The notes below the pieces were generated by a model. It worked only from the letters and a program-made list of their open reading frames with translations. It was not told where the DNA came from and did not search any database. 64,000 nucleotides of DNA from Candidatus Microgenomatus sp. Its GTDB lineage: Bacteria > Patescibacteriota > Minisyncoccia > UBA6257 > GWB1-50-10. This document shows positions 1 through 7,723 of this stretch, one piece after another; positions within the stretch are counted from its first letter, which is position 1; the number at the start of each line of letters is the position of its first letter. The position numbers were made by a program, and so were the translations under genes. The stretch spans positions 239,157 through 303,156 of the forward strand of contig DYGI01000001.1 of NCBI GenBank assembly GCA_020724805.1, in the 5' to 3' direction.

Positions 1-1
1 G

Positions 2-649
2 CTTTTTCTGAACTTCGATACGGCGGCTATTGTACCTTACACCACCGCCCAGCAATACATTTTCGGCATCAAATATTTCCACCGCATCGTGGTGGAGGCG
101 GACACGGAAGCGAATGTGCCGGCAACCATCGAAGATGTGAAGGCCACACTCCGCGCCTCGCACGGCATCGATAATCCGGAGAAGGACGATTTTTTCCTCG
201 AGACGCAGGCGGATGCCATGGAGACCGTGGGAACCATTACGAACGTTTTGACGCTTTTCCTTGCTGCCGTAGCCGCAATTTCGCTTGTGGTGGGGGGCGT
301 CGGCATTATGAACATCATGCTTGTTTCCGTGACCGAGAGAACGAGAGAGATAGGGTTAAGGAAGGCGGTGGGTGCCAAAGATACCGATATCATGCTCCAA
401 TTCCTTCTTGAAGCCGTGATTCTCACCGTACTCGGAGGGCTTGCGGGCATTATGCTCGGCGCATTTTTCTCTTTCCTCATTTCACTGGTGTTGGGACGCA
501 CGCTTGCGGTGAACTGGGAATTCGTGTTTCCGTTCGGGGCGGCAGCCTTGGGCATTGCGGTCGCGGCCGTGGTAGGACTCGTGTTCGGACTTTACCCCGC
601 GCGTGTGGCTTCAAAGAAGAGCCCGATAGAAGCGCTCAGATATGAATAG
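2..649 (+). CDS. MacB/FtsX-family ABC transporter permease (5' part outside window)
   Basis: Open frame from window start; C-terminal motifs GGVGIMNIMLVSVTERTREIGLRKAVGA and GLYPA...PIEALRYE. Confidence 0.92.
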   Translation, partial: LFLNFDTAAIVPYTTAQQYIFGIKYFHRIVVEADTEANVPATIEDVKATLRASHGIDNPEKDDFFLETQADAMETVGTITNVLTLFLAAVAAISLVVGGVGIMNIMLVSVTERTREIGLRKAVGAKDTDIMLQFLLEAVILTVLGGLAGIMLGAFFSFLISLVLGRTLAVNWEFVFPFGAAALGIAVAAVVGLVFGLYPARVASKKSPIEALRYE

Positions 650-668
650 TTTGTTAGAATTGAGAAAC

Positions 669-1013
669 ATGATTTCCATCGACGATTTTAAGAAAATTGA
701 GCTGAAAGCGGGGAAGATATTGTCCGCAGAAAAGGTGGAGGGGTCGGAAAAATTAGTAAAACTCTCGGTGGATTTGGGCCCTTCGACAGGCTCAGGGCAG
801 GCGAGAGACGTGCGGCAGGTTTTGGCGGGAATCGCGGCCACATATCCACCGGAGACGCTGACAGGAAAACAAATCGTGGTGGTTGCAAACCTTGAGCCAC
901 GCCCGCTCATGGGCATGGAAAGCCAGGGAATGTTGCTTGCGGCGGAAAGCGAGGAAGGGCCGATCCTCCTTACTCCCGAGAAGGCCGTTACTCCGGGGGC
1001 GAAAATACGTTAG
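669..1013 (+). CDS. tRNA-binding OB-fold protein (MetG C-terminal/Trbp111/CsaA-like) with an in-frame repeat insertion
   Basis: ISIDDFKKIEL..GKI..AEKV.GSEKL, RQVLAGI, NLEPR.LMG.ESQGMLLA; start at 669 preferred (TGnTAGAAT at 652-660), alternative 642. Confidence 0.88.
   Translation: MISIDDFKKIELKAGKILSAEKVEGSEKLVKLSVDLGPSTGSGQARDVRQVLAGIAATYPPETLTGKQIVVVANLEPRPLMGMESQGMLLAAESEEGPILLTPEKAVTPGAKIR
779..802 (+). repeat. CCCTTCGACAGGCTCAGGGCAGGC palindromic repeat inside CDS (PSTGSGQA)
   Basis: Near-identical copies at 3566-3589 and 23205-23228. Confidence 0.8.
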
Positions 1014-1014
1014 T

Positions 1015-1962
1015 ATGGAAGATATGGAAAAAATTAAAAGTTCGCCGCGGGACATCTTTTTGCACCTTCTCTCCATCATCGCGCTCTACGCGTCCGCGAC
1101 CGCATTTCTCACGCTCGCGTTCCAACTCATCAATCTGTGGTTCCCGGACATATTGGATATGGGGGGGTACTACGCGTATGCGGGAGCACGGAACGCTATC
1201 CGGTGGTCATTGGCTTCCCTTATCGTCATCTTCCCCGTCTATTTTTTCACGGCGCGGCTCCTTCGGAAGGAATATGAAATGGAGCCCGAAAAGCGCGAAT
1301 TGCGTGTCCGCAAGTGGCTCATCTCATTCACGCTTTTTGTGGTGGCGCTTACCTTGATTGGAGACCTTGTGTCGCTCCTCTCGCACTTTTTGGAGGGAGA
1401 GCTTACCGCGCGGTTCGCGCTCAAAGTGCTCGCGGTTGCTTTTGTGGCGGGCGCAATCGGTGCCTATTATCTTTGGATATTGAAAGCGAAGCCGGTGACT
1501 GCGGGTGCGCGATACGTCGCTTCGGGAATTCTTCTTGTCATATTTGCGGGTGTAGTGGTTGGCTTCGTGTATGCGGGGAGCCCGGCCGAGGAGCGGCTTC
1601 GGCGCATCGATATGGAGCGCGTGAATCATCTCCAAGTGATACAGAGCCAGGTGGTGAACTATTGGCAGGCGAAAGAAAGACTTCCCGAAAACCTCGAGGC
1701 GCTTGCGGACAACATTCGCGGATACGGAATTCCTGCTGATCCCGAGACCGGCGCACCATACGAATATCGCGCGACGGGGCCACTCGCGTTCGAGCTATGT
1801 GCCACGTTCATGCGGCAAAGCGAAGGGATGATGGAGGGAGAGTCGCCGATGATGATGGGGAGACCTTACTACAGCGGTATTTCCGAGAATTGGAACCATG
1901 AAATGGGACGGCACTGTTTTTCGCGTACCATCGACCCCGATATCTACCGCCCTTTACCGTAA
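1015..1962 (+). CDS. Multi-pass membrane protein with C-terminal extracellular domain (DUF5671-like, common in CPR)
   Basis: About 5 hydrophobic segments, then DPETGAPYEY..FELCATF..HCF; ATG at 1015 follows the upstream stop. Confidence 0.7.
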   Translation: MEDMEKIKSSPRDIFLHLLSIIALYASATAFLTLAFQLINLWFPDILDMGGYYAYAGARNAIRWSLASLIVIFPVYFFTARLLRKEYEMEPEKRELRVRKWLISFTLFVVALTLIGDLVSLLSHFLEGELTARFALKVLAVAFVAGAIGAYYLWILKAKPVTAGARYVASGILLVIFAGVVVGFVYAGSPAEERLRRIDMERVNHLQVIQSQVVNYWQAKERLPENLEALADNIRGYGIPADPETGAPYEYRATGPLAFELCATFMRQSEGMMEGESPMMMGRPYYSGISENWNHEMGRHCFSRTIDPDIYRPLP

Positions 1963-1969
1963 AAAAGGA

Positions 1970-2083
1970 ATGACATCATTTCTCGTCCATACACTTCCGG
2001 TTGTTACGCTTTTTGTTGGCACGTTTCTCATCATGTGCCTTATTGCACTTGGCGAACGGGAGGCCTTAAAAGCGAAAGAATAA
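1970..2083 (+). CDS. Small hydrophobic peptide (37 aa)
   Basis: ATG 8 nt after upstream stop, one TM-like segment, followed by hairpin + T-run. Confidence 0.4.
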   Translation: MTSFLVHTLPVVTLFVGTFLIMCLIALGEREALKAKE

Positions 2084-2107
2084 CTACAAACACATCTTTC
2101 AAACTCA

Positions 2108-2139
2108 AGGACCTCCCGCTTGCAGAGGTCCTCGTTTTT
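2108..2139 (+). terminator. Putative intrinsic terminator
   Basis: AGGACCTC...GAGGTCCT stem followed by CGTTTTT. Confidence 0.55.
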
Positions 2140-2233
2140 GTCCGAAGGCGGTCCGGGAAACATCTTAGCTCGCCTTCAGACCGAAACCGTAGGTCTGAAA
2201 CTGTTCTTTCATAACCATTATAGAGGAGGTTAT

Positions 2234-2446
2234 ATGCTTACTGAATTTTCGCGGCGCGCCGATGACGCGCCACTCCTTCGGGAGAATCTGCGAATGATGC
2301 GCGAGGCATATCACGAGAAGCAGCGGGAGTATCTCCGCGCGCTCGGAAAACGACGTCGCGGTGAACATAACGGCGTCGTACGCAACATGCGAATGAAGTT
2401 AAGGGAGCTCCAAATAGCGCTCGACACCATACGAGCAAGCGTTTGA
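2234..2446 (+). CDS. Small basic helical orphan protein (70 aa)
   Basis: AGAGGAGGT 2222-2230 just before ATG; own terminator downstream. Confidence 0.6.
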   Translation: MLTEFSRRADDAPLLRENLRMMREAYHEKQREYLRALGKRRRGEHNGVVRNMRMKLRELQIALDTIRASV

Positions 2447-2456
2447 GGGCTATACC

Positions 2457-2485
2457 AAAAGGAACCGTCACCTCGGTTCCTTTTT
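2457..2485 (+). terminator. Intrinsic terminator (possibly bidirectional)
   Basis: AAAAGGAACCG-TCACCT-CGGTTCCTTTTT. Confidence 0.75.
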
Positions 2486-2543
2486 ATTGGTGTGGGTTGA
2501 ACAGGGCCGTGAGGACCAATAGGATGAATAGGTCTTACGGGAT

Positions 2544-4607
2544 ATGTTCCAACTAATCTCAAAATTTAAACCGGAGGGAGACCAACCGAAGGCGATTCGC
2601 GAACTGACCGATGGGCTTGCCAAGGGTCACCGATATCAGACGCTTCTTGGTGTCACCGGTTCGGGGAAAACCTTCACCGCGGCGCACGTAATTGCGAACG
2701 CGAATAAACCTGCCCTTGTTATCGCGCACAACAAAACCTTGGCCGCGCAGCTCACGAACGAGCTTCGCGAACTTTTCCCCAAAAATTCGGTGCACTACTT
2801 CGTTTCGTATTACGACTATTACCAGCCGGAGGCGTATATGCCGACCACCGATACCTACATCGGCAAGGAGGCAATGATAAATGAGGAAATAGATAAATTA
2901 CGCCACGCAGCGACTTCCGCGCTTCTCACGCGAAGCGATGTGATTGTGGTAGCGTCCGTGTCGTGTATCTACGGTCTTGGCGCGCCCGAAGTGTACCGCG
3001 AGAACATTTTTCACCTGAAGCGCGGTGCGCCGATAGATCGCCCGACGTTTACGCGCAAGCTTGTGGAGCTCCACTACACGCGGACGACCGCGGACCTGAA
3101 GCGAGGGACATTTCGTACTCGGGGCGACCAGTGGGAAATAATGCCGCCGGACCGGGAACTTATTTACACGCTTGAGGTGAAGCCCGCCCGCAACGCTTCG
3201 CGTAGCGATGCGGGCGGGAACAGCGTTATTGAGAAAGTGTATGAAGTTGACCCGGTGCGCGGGTTTGTGCCCGGAGAAACCGAAGAGATTCCAGAAGTGA
3301 CCATTGCTCCCGCAAAGCATTTCATTACCCCGAAAGAAGAGCGCGACCGCGCCATCAAGGCCATCAAAGAAGAGTTAAAGGGGCAACTCAAAAAGTTCGA
3401 AAAGGAAGGAAAACTGTTGGAAGCCGAGCGACTTGAGCGGCGCACGAAATTCGACCTCGCGATGATACGCGAGGTAGGGTACTGCAACGGCATCGAGAAC
3501 TATTCGCGCCATCTCTCGGGGCGCGCGGCAGGCGAGCCACCCGACACACTTTTGGATTACTTTCCCCGTTCGACAAGCTCAGGGCAGGCCGATTTCATCA
3601 CAATAATAGACGAATCGCACGTGACCGTGCCGCAGATTGCCGGTATGTACGAGGGGGACGCGTCGCGAAAAAAGACGCTCATTGAATACGGATTCCGGCT
3701 TCCTTCGGCCGCCGACAACCGTCCGCTTCGATTTGCCGAGTTTGAAAAACGGGTGGGGCAAATCATATTTACGTCCGCCACTCCCGGGCCATTTGAAAAG
3801 AAAGTGAGCACGCAGACAGTGGAGCAAATTATTCGCCCAACCGGTCTTGTGGATCCGAAGGTGACGCTTCTTCCGGCGAAGGGCCAGGTTGCCGACCTTA
3901 TTCCCCGCATAGAAGCGCGCGCGAAAGAGAAGGAGCGAGTGCTCGTGACAACGCTCACAAAAAAAATGGCGGAGGACCTCGCAAGTTATCTCGAGGAGAA
4001 AAAAATGAAGGTTGCCTATTTGCATAGCGACGTGAAGACGATGGACCGCATCCGCATACTTACGAATCTCAGGAAGGGGACGTACGACGTGCTCGTTGGC
4101 GTGAACCTTCTCCGTGAGGGGCTCGACCTTCCCGAGGTCTCGCTCGTCGCCATTTTAGATGCCGACAAGGAAGGATTCCTGCGGAGCGAGACCTCGCTTG
4201 TACAGACCATCGGGCGCGCGGCACGGCACATCCGCGGCGAGGTGCTGCTCTATGCTGACCAGATGACCGGTTCCATCGCTCGCGCGGTGAAGGAAACCGA
4301 GCGGCGCAGAAAGATACAACTTTCCTACAATAAAACCCACAACATCACACCGACATCCATTGAGAGAGAAATAAAGGACATTCTCCCCGCGGACGCGGAA
4401 AAAATATTGAAACTTGAAGCAAAGCCGGTACCTCGCTCGGGCCGTGCGCGCGAGGCGCTTATTAAGGAAAAAGAAGCGGCAATGAAGGAAGCGGCGGGAG
4501 AGTTGAATTTTGAGCTTGCCGCTATCCTCCGGGATGAAATAAGAATTTTGAAGAGCGGCAATAACAAAAAAGGCCCTTCGAATATTCGAGGGGCCCCCGT
4601 GCGGTGA
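2544..4607 (+). CDS. uvrB: Excinuclease ABC subunit B
   Basis: GVTGSGKT Walker A, HNKTLAAQL, YFVSYYDYYQPEAY, DESH, GVNLLREGLDLPEV, C-terminal UVR motif FELAAILRDEI. Confidence 0.98.
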   Translation: MFQLISKFKPEGDQPKAIRELTDGLAKGHRYQTLLGVTGSGKTFTAAHVIANANKPALVIAHNKTLAAQLTNELRELFPKNSVHYFVSYYDYYQPEAYMPTTDTYIGKEAMINEEIDKLRHAATSALLTRSDVIVVASVSCIYGLGAPEVYRENIFHLKRGAPIDRPTFTRKLVELHYTRTTADLKRGTFRTRGDQWEIMPPDRELIYTLEVKPARNASRSDAGGNSVIEKVYEVDPVRGFVPGETEEIPEVTIAPAKHFITPKEERDRAIKAIKEELKGQLKKFEKEGKLLEAERLERRTKFDLAMIREVGYCNGIENYSRHLSGRAAGEPPDTLLDYFPRSTSSGQADFITIIDESHVTVPQIAGMYEGDASRKKTLIEYGFRLPSAADNRPLRFAEFEKRVGQIIFTSATPGPFEKKVSTQTVEQIIRPTGLVDPKVTLLPAKGQVADLIPRIEARAKEKERVLVTTLTKKMAEDLASYLEEKKMKVAYLHSDVKTMDRIRILTNLRKGTYDVLVGVNLLREGLDLPEVSLVAILDADKEGFLRSETSLVQTIGRAARHIRGEVLLYADQMTGSIARAVKETERRRKIQLSYNKTHNITPTSIEREIKDILPADAEKILKLEAKPVPRSGRAREALIKEKEAAMKEAAGELNFELAAILRDEIRILKSGNNKKGPSNIRGAPVR
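3183..3218 (+). repeat. 36-nt GC-rich hairpin inserted in frame in uvrB (PARNASRSDAGG)
   Basis: CCCGCCCGCA-A-CGCT-TCGCGT-AGCG-A-TGCGGGCGGG; exactly 12 codons. Confidence 0.7.
3566..3589 (+). repeat. CCGTTCGACAAGCTCAGGGCAGGC repeat inside uvrB (RSTSSGQA)
   Basis: Copy of the 779-802 repeat, between LLDYFP and DF..IIDESH. Confidence 0.8.
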
Positions 4608-4620
4608 ATACGCACGACTG

Positions 4621-5283
4621 CTAGAAAATGGCGCGGACGGAAATGGCGGCCATCATGTCGCGTGGTTCGAACGAGCGGTTCGAATCCCATCGCCCGATGA
4701 GCACCATCGCCGACACGGATATCGGCATGGCGATTGGCTGAAGATCGATGCGCGGCCCCGCGCCTTTTCCGTCTTCGGCGTAGACGCCGCATCCGAGCCA
4801 ACGCGCGACTCGTATCTTGAGGCGCGCCTCCCACCAATAAATCTGGTTCGGGCCTGCGTCGACCACGCAGTCGAGGTAGTAGAAATTCCTTGACCCCGCG
4901 AGCGCAGTGAGATCATTGCCGAGCCAGAGGCGTCCCCGGAGATAGTAGAAGTTCTCGAGCGGGTTGCCGTTGATGCCCGCACCGAGCTCCACCCCGATAT
5001 AGGGAATGGGGGCATAGGAAAGGCCGGCGACGAGGGCGCTATGCGGTGCCCAGTCGTTGTTGGCGCGCGCGAACGCGAACCACCCCACTTTTTCCCTCCC
5101 TGAGATCCAGAAGTAGCTCTGGAAATAGGCGGTCCCATAGGCGGTTGCCCCGGACGAGTCGAAATACCACCTTCCTTCCACCAAACCACCTTTCATTTCC
5201 TCTTCCTCGGAGACGGCTTGCGATCGGGCGGGGATTGGGACGCACCACGCAAGAAGCGTAAGTGCGAAGAATACCTTCTTCAT
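4621..5283 (-). CDS. Secreted aromatic/beta-strand-rich hypothetical protein
   Basis: Signal peptide MKKVFFALTLLAWC; alternating aromatic strands; C-terminal F; AGGAGG upstream on - strand. Confidence 0.6.
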   Translation of the reverse strand: MKKVFFALTLLAWCVPIPARSQAVSEEEEMKGGLVEGRWYFDSSGATAYGTAYFQSYFWISGREKVGWFAFARANNDWAPHSALVAGLSYAPIPYIGVELGAGINGNPLENFYYLRGRLWLGNDLTALAGSRNFYYLDCVVDAGPNQIYWWEARLKIRVARWLGCGVYAEDGKGAGPRIDLQPIAMPISVSAMVLIGRWDSNRSFEPRDMMAAISVRAIF

Positions 5284-5375
5284 GTCGGTTCCTCCTAGAT
5301 AGTGTCGAATTGTGAGTGTATTACTGTACTAAGGTTTACAATTTTTTCACCCACGAGTCAAGTTTTTTATGAAAA

Positions 5376-5402
5376 GCCCCCACCAGAGTCATTGGTAGGG
5401 GC
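5376..5402 (-). terminator. Putative terminator after ORF 5426-5911
   Basis: GCCCC-CACCA...TGGTA-GGGGC stem; TTTT follows on - strand. Confidence 0.5.
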
Positions 5403-5425
5403 GATGTAGGATGAGCACCCGAATG

Positions 5426-5911
5426 TCAATTGTCCATCGGGCGCCATGGTTTCTTTTTCAACGCGTGACGGACTTTCGTATCCCCGCTGTCTTTCGGGAC
5501 GGCGGAAACTTGTAGAGTCCGTGTCATGGGGGCGCTGACGTGCGTTTGTTCGCGCTTGATATCGCGTGATGCGGTATCGAGGGGAGCAGTAGTGCGCCGC
5601 GTTTCCTTCGACAGTTTCGTTGCGGCGGGTTTTTGGTGAACCACCAGTGAGACCCTTTTCTTTATGAGGTGGGGAATCGACGAGTGATCGACGTGCGGAC
5701 GAACGGCGGAGTCTGGTAATGGCGATGGTGAAATCGTCTTCTTCGGGGTTGTGGGCACCACGCGGGTGATTTTGGCGACGCCGTCTTCTTGTGCCTCAGG
5801 GCGCTCGAAGAAACACACGACACCTACGCCCATAAGGAGAACAAGAAGCGCGAGCGACATCCATATCAACCAGCGTTTTTTCTGCCCACTTCGTGGCTCT
5901 TTGGTTTTCAC
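5426..5911 (-). CDS. Membrane-anchored basic low-complexity hypothetical protein
   Basis: N-terminal TM helix, K/T/P-rich tail; AAGGTGA upstream of GTG. Confidence 0.5.
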   Translation of the reverse strand: MKTKEPRSGQKKRWLIWMSLALLVLLMGVGVVCFFERPEAQEDGVAKITRVVPTTPKKTISPSPLPDSAVRPHVDHSSIPHLIKKRVSLVVHQKPAATKLSKETRRTTAPLDTASRDIKREQTHVSAPMTRTLQVSAVPKDSGDTKVRHALKKKPWRPMDN

Positions 5912-6070
5912 AATATCACCTTCGTTTGTTTTAGTTATATGGGGTTATGCTGCGCGCACTATATCACCGTGCCTACATATTGACAAGATGGTGATGCCGT
6001 GGGATACATTGTGACAGTACTACCCTATAGGAAATCCTATATTTCACAACAACTAAAAGGAAAAATCGCC

Positions 6071-7612
6071 ATGAAGCGATTATTCGCAGTATTAGCGGTG
6101 CTGTGGTGGTGCGGCGAGCGGAGCATGGCGCAGCATATTGTTTCCGCAATCCGCACCGTCCGCGTCGCCGAACGCATCGAGGCATACAGTGCTGAAGGGG
6201 TGTTCATGGGGGCCTTTAAGGCATCTCTTCTGAACACCGTGTACCCGGTGCCGACCATCATCGGAGACCAATTCCTCGATTCGAAAGATCTCCGGCGGAC
6301 CGATTCCGCATCGGTGGGAACCGGTGCATGGCGTGTCGAAATGAACACCTCGGCGGATAGCATCAGCCGCTATCTCGTCATCATAAAGACGGTGCCCGCG
6401 ATGACCGTTCCCGCGAGCATCAATACCGATTTCCGGGTTCCGACATGGGTTACGAATCGGGTGCGCGTTGCGGAAAGTTTTTTCCGTGACGATGTGCCGG
6501 TCGTGAACTCCGGTCTCGACACGATCTTCGCAAGTGCAAGCTATCAAACCTCCACCCTTCAATTTCCGTCCGTGACCGGACAGGTGAATCAATGGGTACT
6601 GTGGGTCTCCTATATGTATGGAGAAGAAGGGCACCTTGTGCTCTTTTTCGACCAAGTGGTTGCCCCAGGAGGTGTGGTGTTGGAAAACGGAGAAGCAGGG
6701 GCTGATGTAACGGCTCCCGGTGCTCCTTCGGGTATGACGCTCACCGCGACTTCCGCCACCTCGGCGGATGCTCGCGCAACTGCACCGGCAGACGCCGATG
6801 TGGGAGGCGTGGTATTCGAACTTGACACCTCGCCGGCATTTACCAACCCAACACGAGTGATCGCATTCGCGACTCCAGGAGTGGAGGTGGTCAATACCTT
6901 CATTAATCTTGCGCCATCGACGCTGTATTACTGCAGGGCGGCGGCGCGCGACGTATCGGCAAACCAAGGAACATTTTCCGCGGTCGATACGGCGATGACC
7001 TTCACCTCAACGGGGAGTGGACTACCGGGAGCACCTACCAGTTTTGTGCTTACCGGAGCCTCATCTTCATCGGTGGTAGCGGTGTTCGAGCACGGTGTGG
7101 GCGCTATGTATACCGAAGTGCAACTTACCGAAGGGCTTTCTTTCGGAAGTTCGTACTCCGTGCAATTGGTTGCGGCGACCCCAGGAGCTCCCGGATTCGC
7201 GATTTTTACGGGGCTTCCGGCAAACCGAACCTTTGCGGGGAGAGCGCGCTCGGTGAACCAGGACGGACTTTCGGCATATGCGCCGCAGGACACCGGACGA
7301 ACATTCACCGTGACGACCGGCGTGGAGAAGTGGAGTGAAGCGCCGCATGCGTTTGCGCTCCACGGCAACTTCCCGAATCCATTCAATCCCACGACCATGA
7401 TCCGCTACGATGTGGGGGAAGAGGCAGTTGTGAGCATTACGGTGTACGACGTGCTCGGACGGACGATGGACGAACTGCTCTTGCGAGAACTGCGGGGCCC
7501 CGGCCGTTACGACGTGACGTGGAACGCTTCAGCGCATCCGAGCGGCATCTACTTTTGCCGAATGGAAGCGGGAAGGTTTACCGCGACGACGAAGATGCTT
7601 CTTGTGCGGTAG
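6071..7612 (+). CDS. Secreted fibronectin-III-like protein with T9SS/FlgD-type C-terminal sorting domain
   Basis: Signal peptide MKRLFAVLAVLWWC; two Fn3-like repeats (NLAPSTLYYCRAAARD; GLPANRTFAGRARSVN); C-terminus NFPNPFNPTT.IRY...VYDVLGR...SGIYFCR...TKMLLVR. Confidence 0.8.
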   Translation: MKRLFAVLAVLWWCGERSMAQHIVSAIRTVRVAERIEAYSAEGVFMGAFKASLLNTVYPVPTIIGDQFLDSKDLRRTDSASVGTGAWRVEMNTSADSISRYLVIIKTVPAMTVPASINTDFRVPTWVTNRVRVAESFFRDDVPVVNSGLDTIFASASYQTSTLQFPSVTGQVNQWVLWVSYMYGEEGHLVLFFDQVVAPGGVVLENGEAGADVTAPGAPSGMTLTATSATSADARATAPADADVGGVVFELDTSPAFTNPTRVIAFATPGVEVVNTFINLAPSTLYYCRAAARDVSANQGTFSAVDTAMTFTSTGSGLPGAPTSFVLTGASSSSVVAVFEHGVGAMYTEVQLTEGLSFGSSYSVQLVAATPGAPGFAIFTGLPANRTFAGRARSVNQDGLSAYAPQDTGRTFTVTTGVEKWSEAPHAFALHGNFPNPFNPTTMIRYDVGEEAVVSITVYDVLGRTMDELLLRELRGPGRYDVTWNASAHPSGIYFCRMEAGRFTATTKMLLVR

Positions 7613-7627
7613 CAGTTTATAACGGGT

Positions 7628-7662
7628 GCCTCCGAACCATTGGTTCGGAGGCGCTTTATTTT
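7628..7662 (+). terminator. Intrinsic terminator
   Basis: GCCTCCGAACC-ATT-GGTTCGGAGGC then GCTTTATTTT. Confidence 0.75.
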
Positions 7663-7723
7663 TCAGCGGTTTGGTGTGGTGAAGTTGACACTGTTTCGAA
7701 AAAGGGGTATACCATTTACCACG

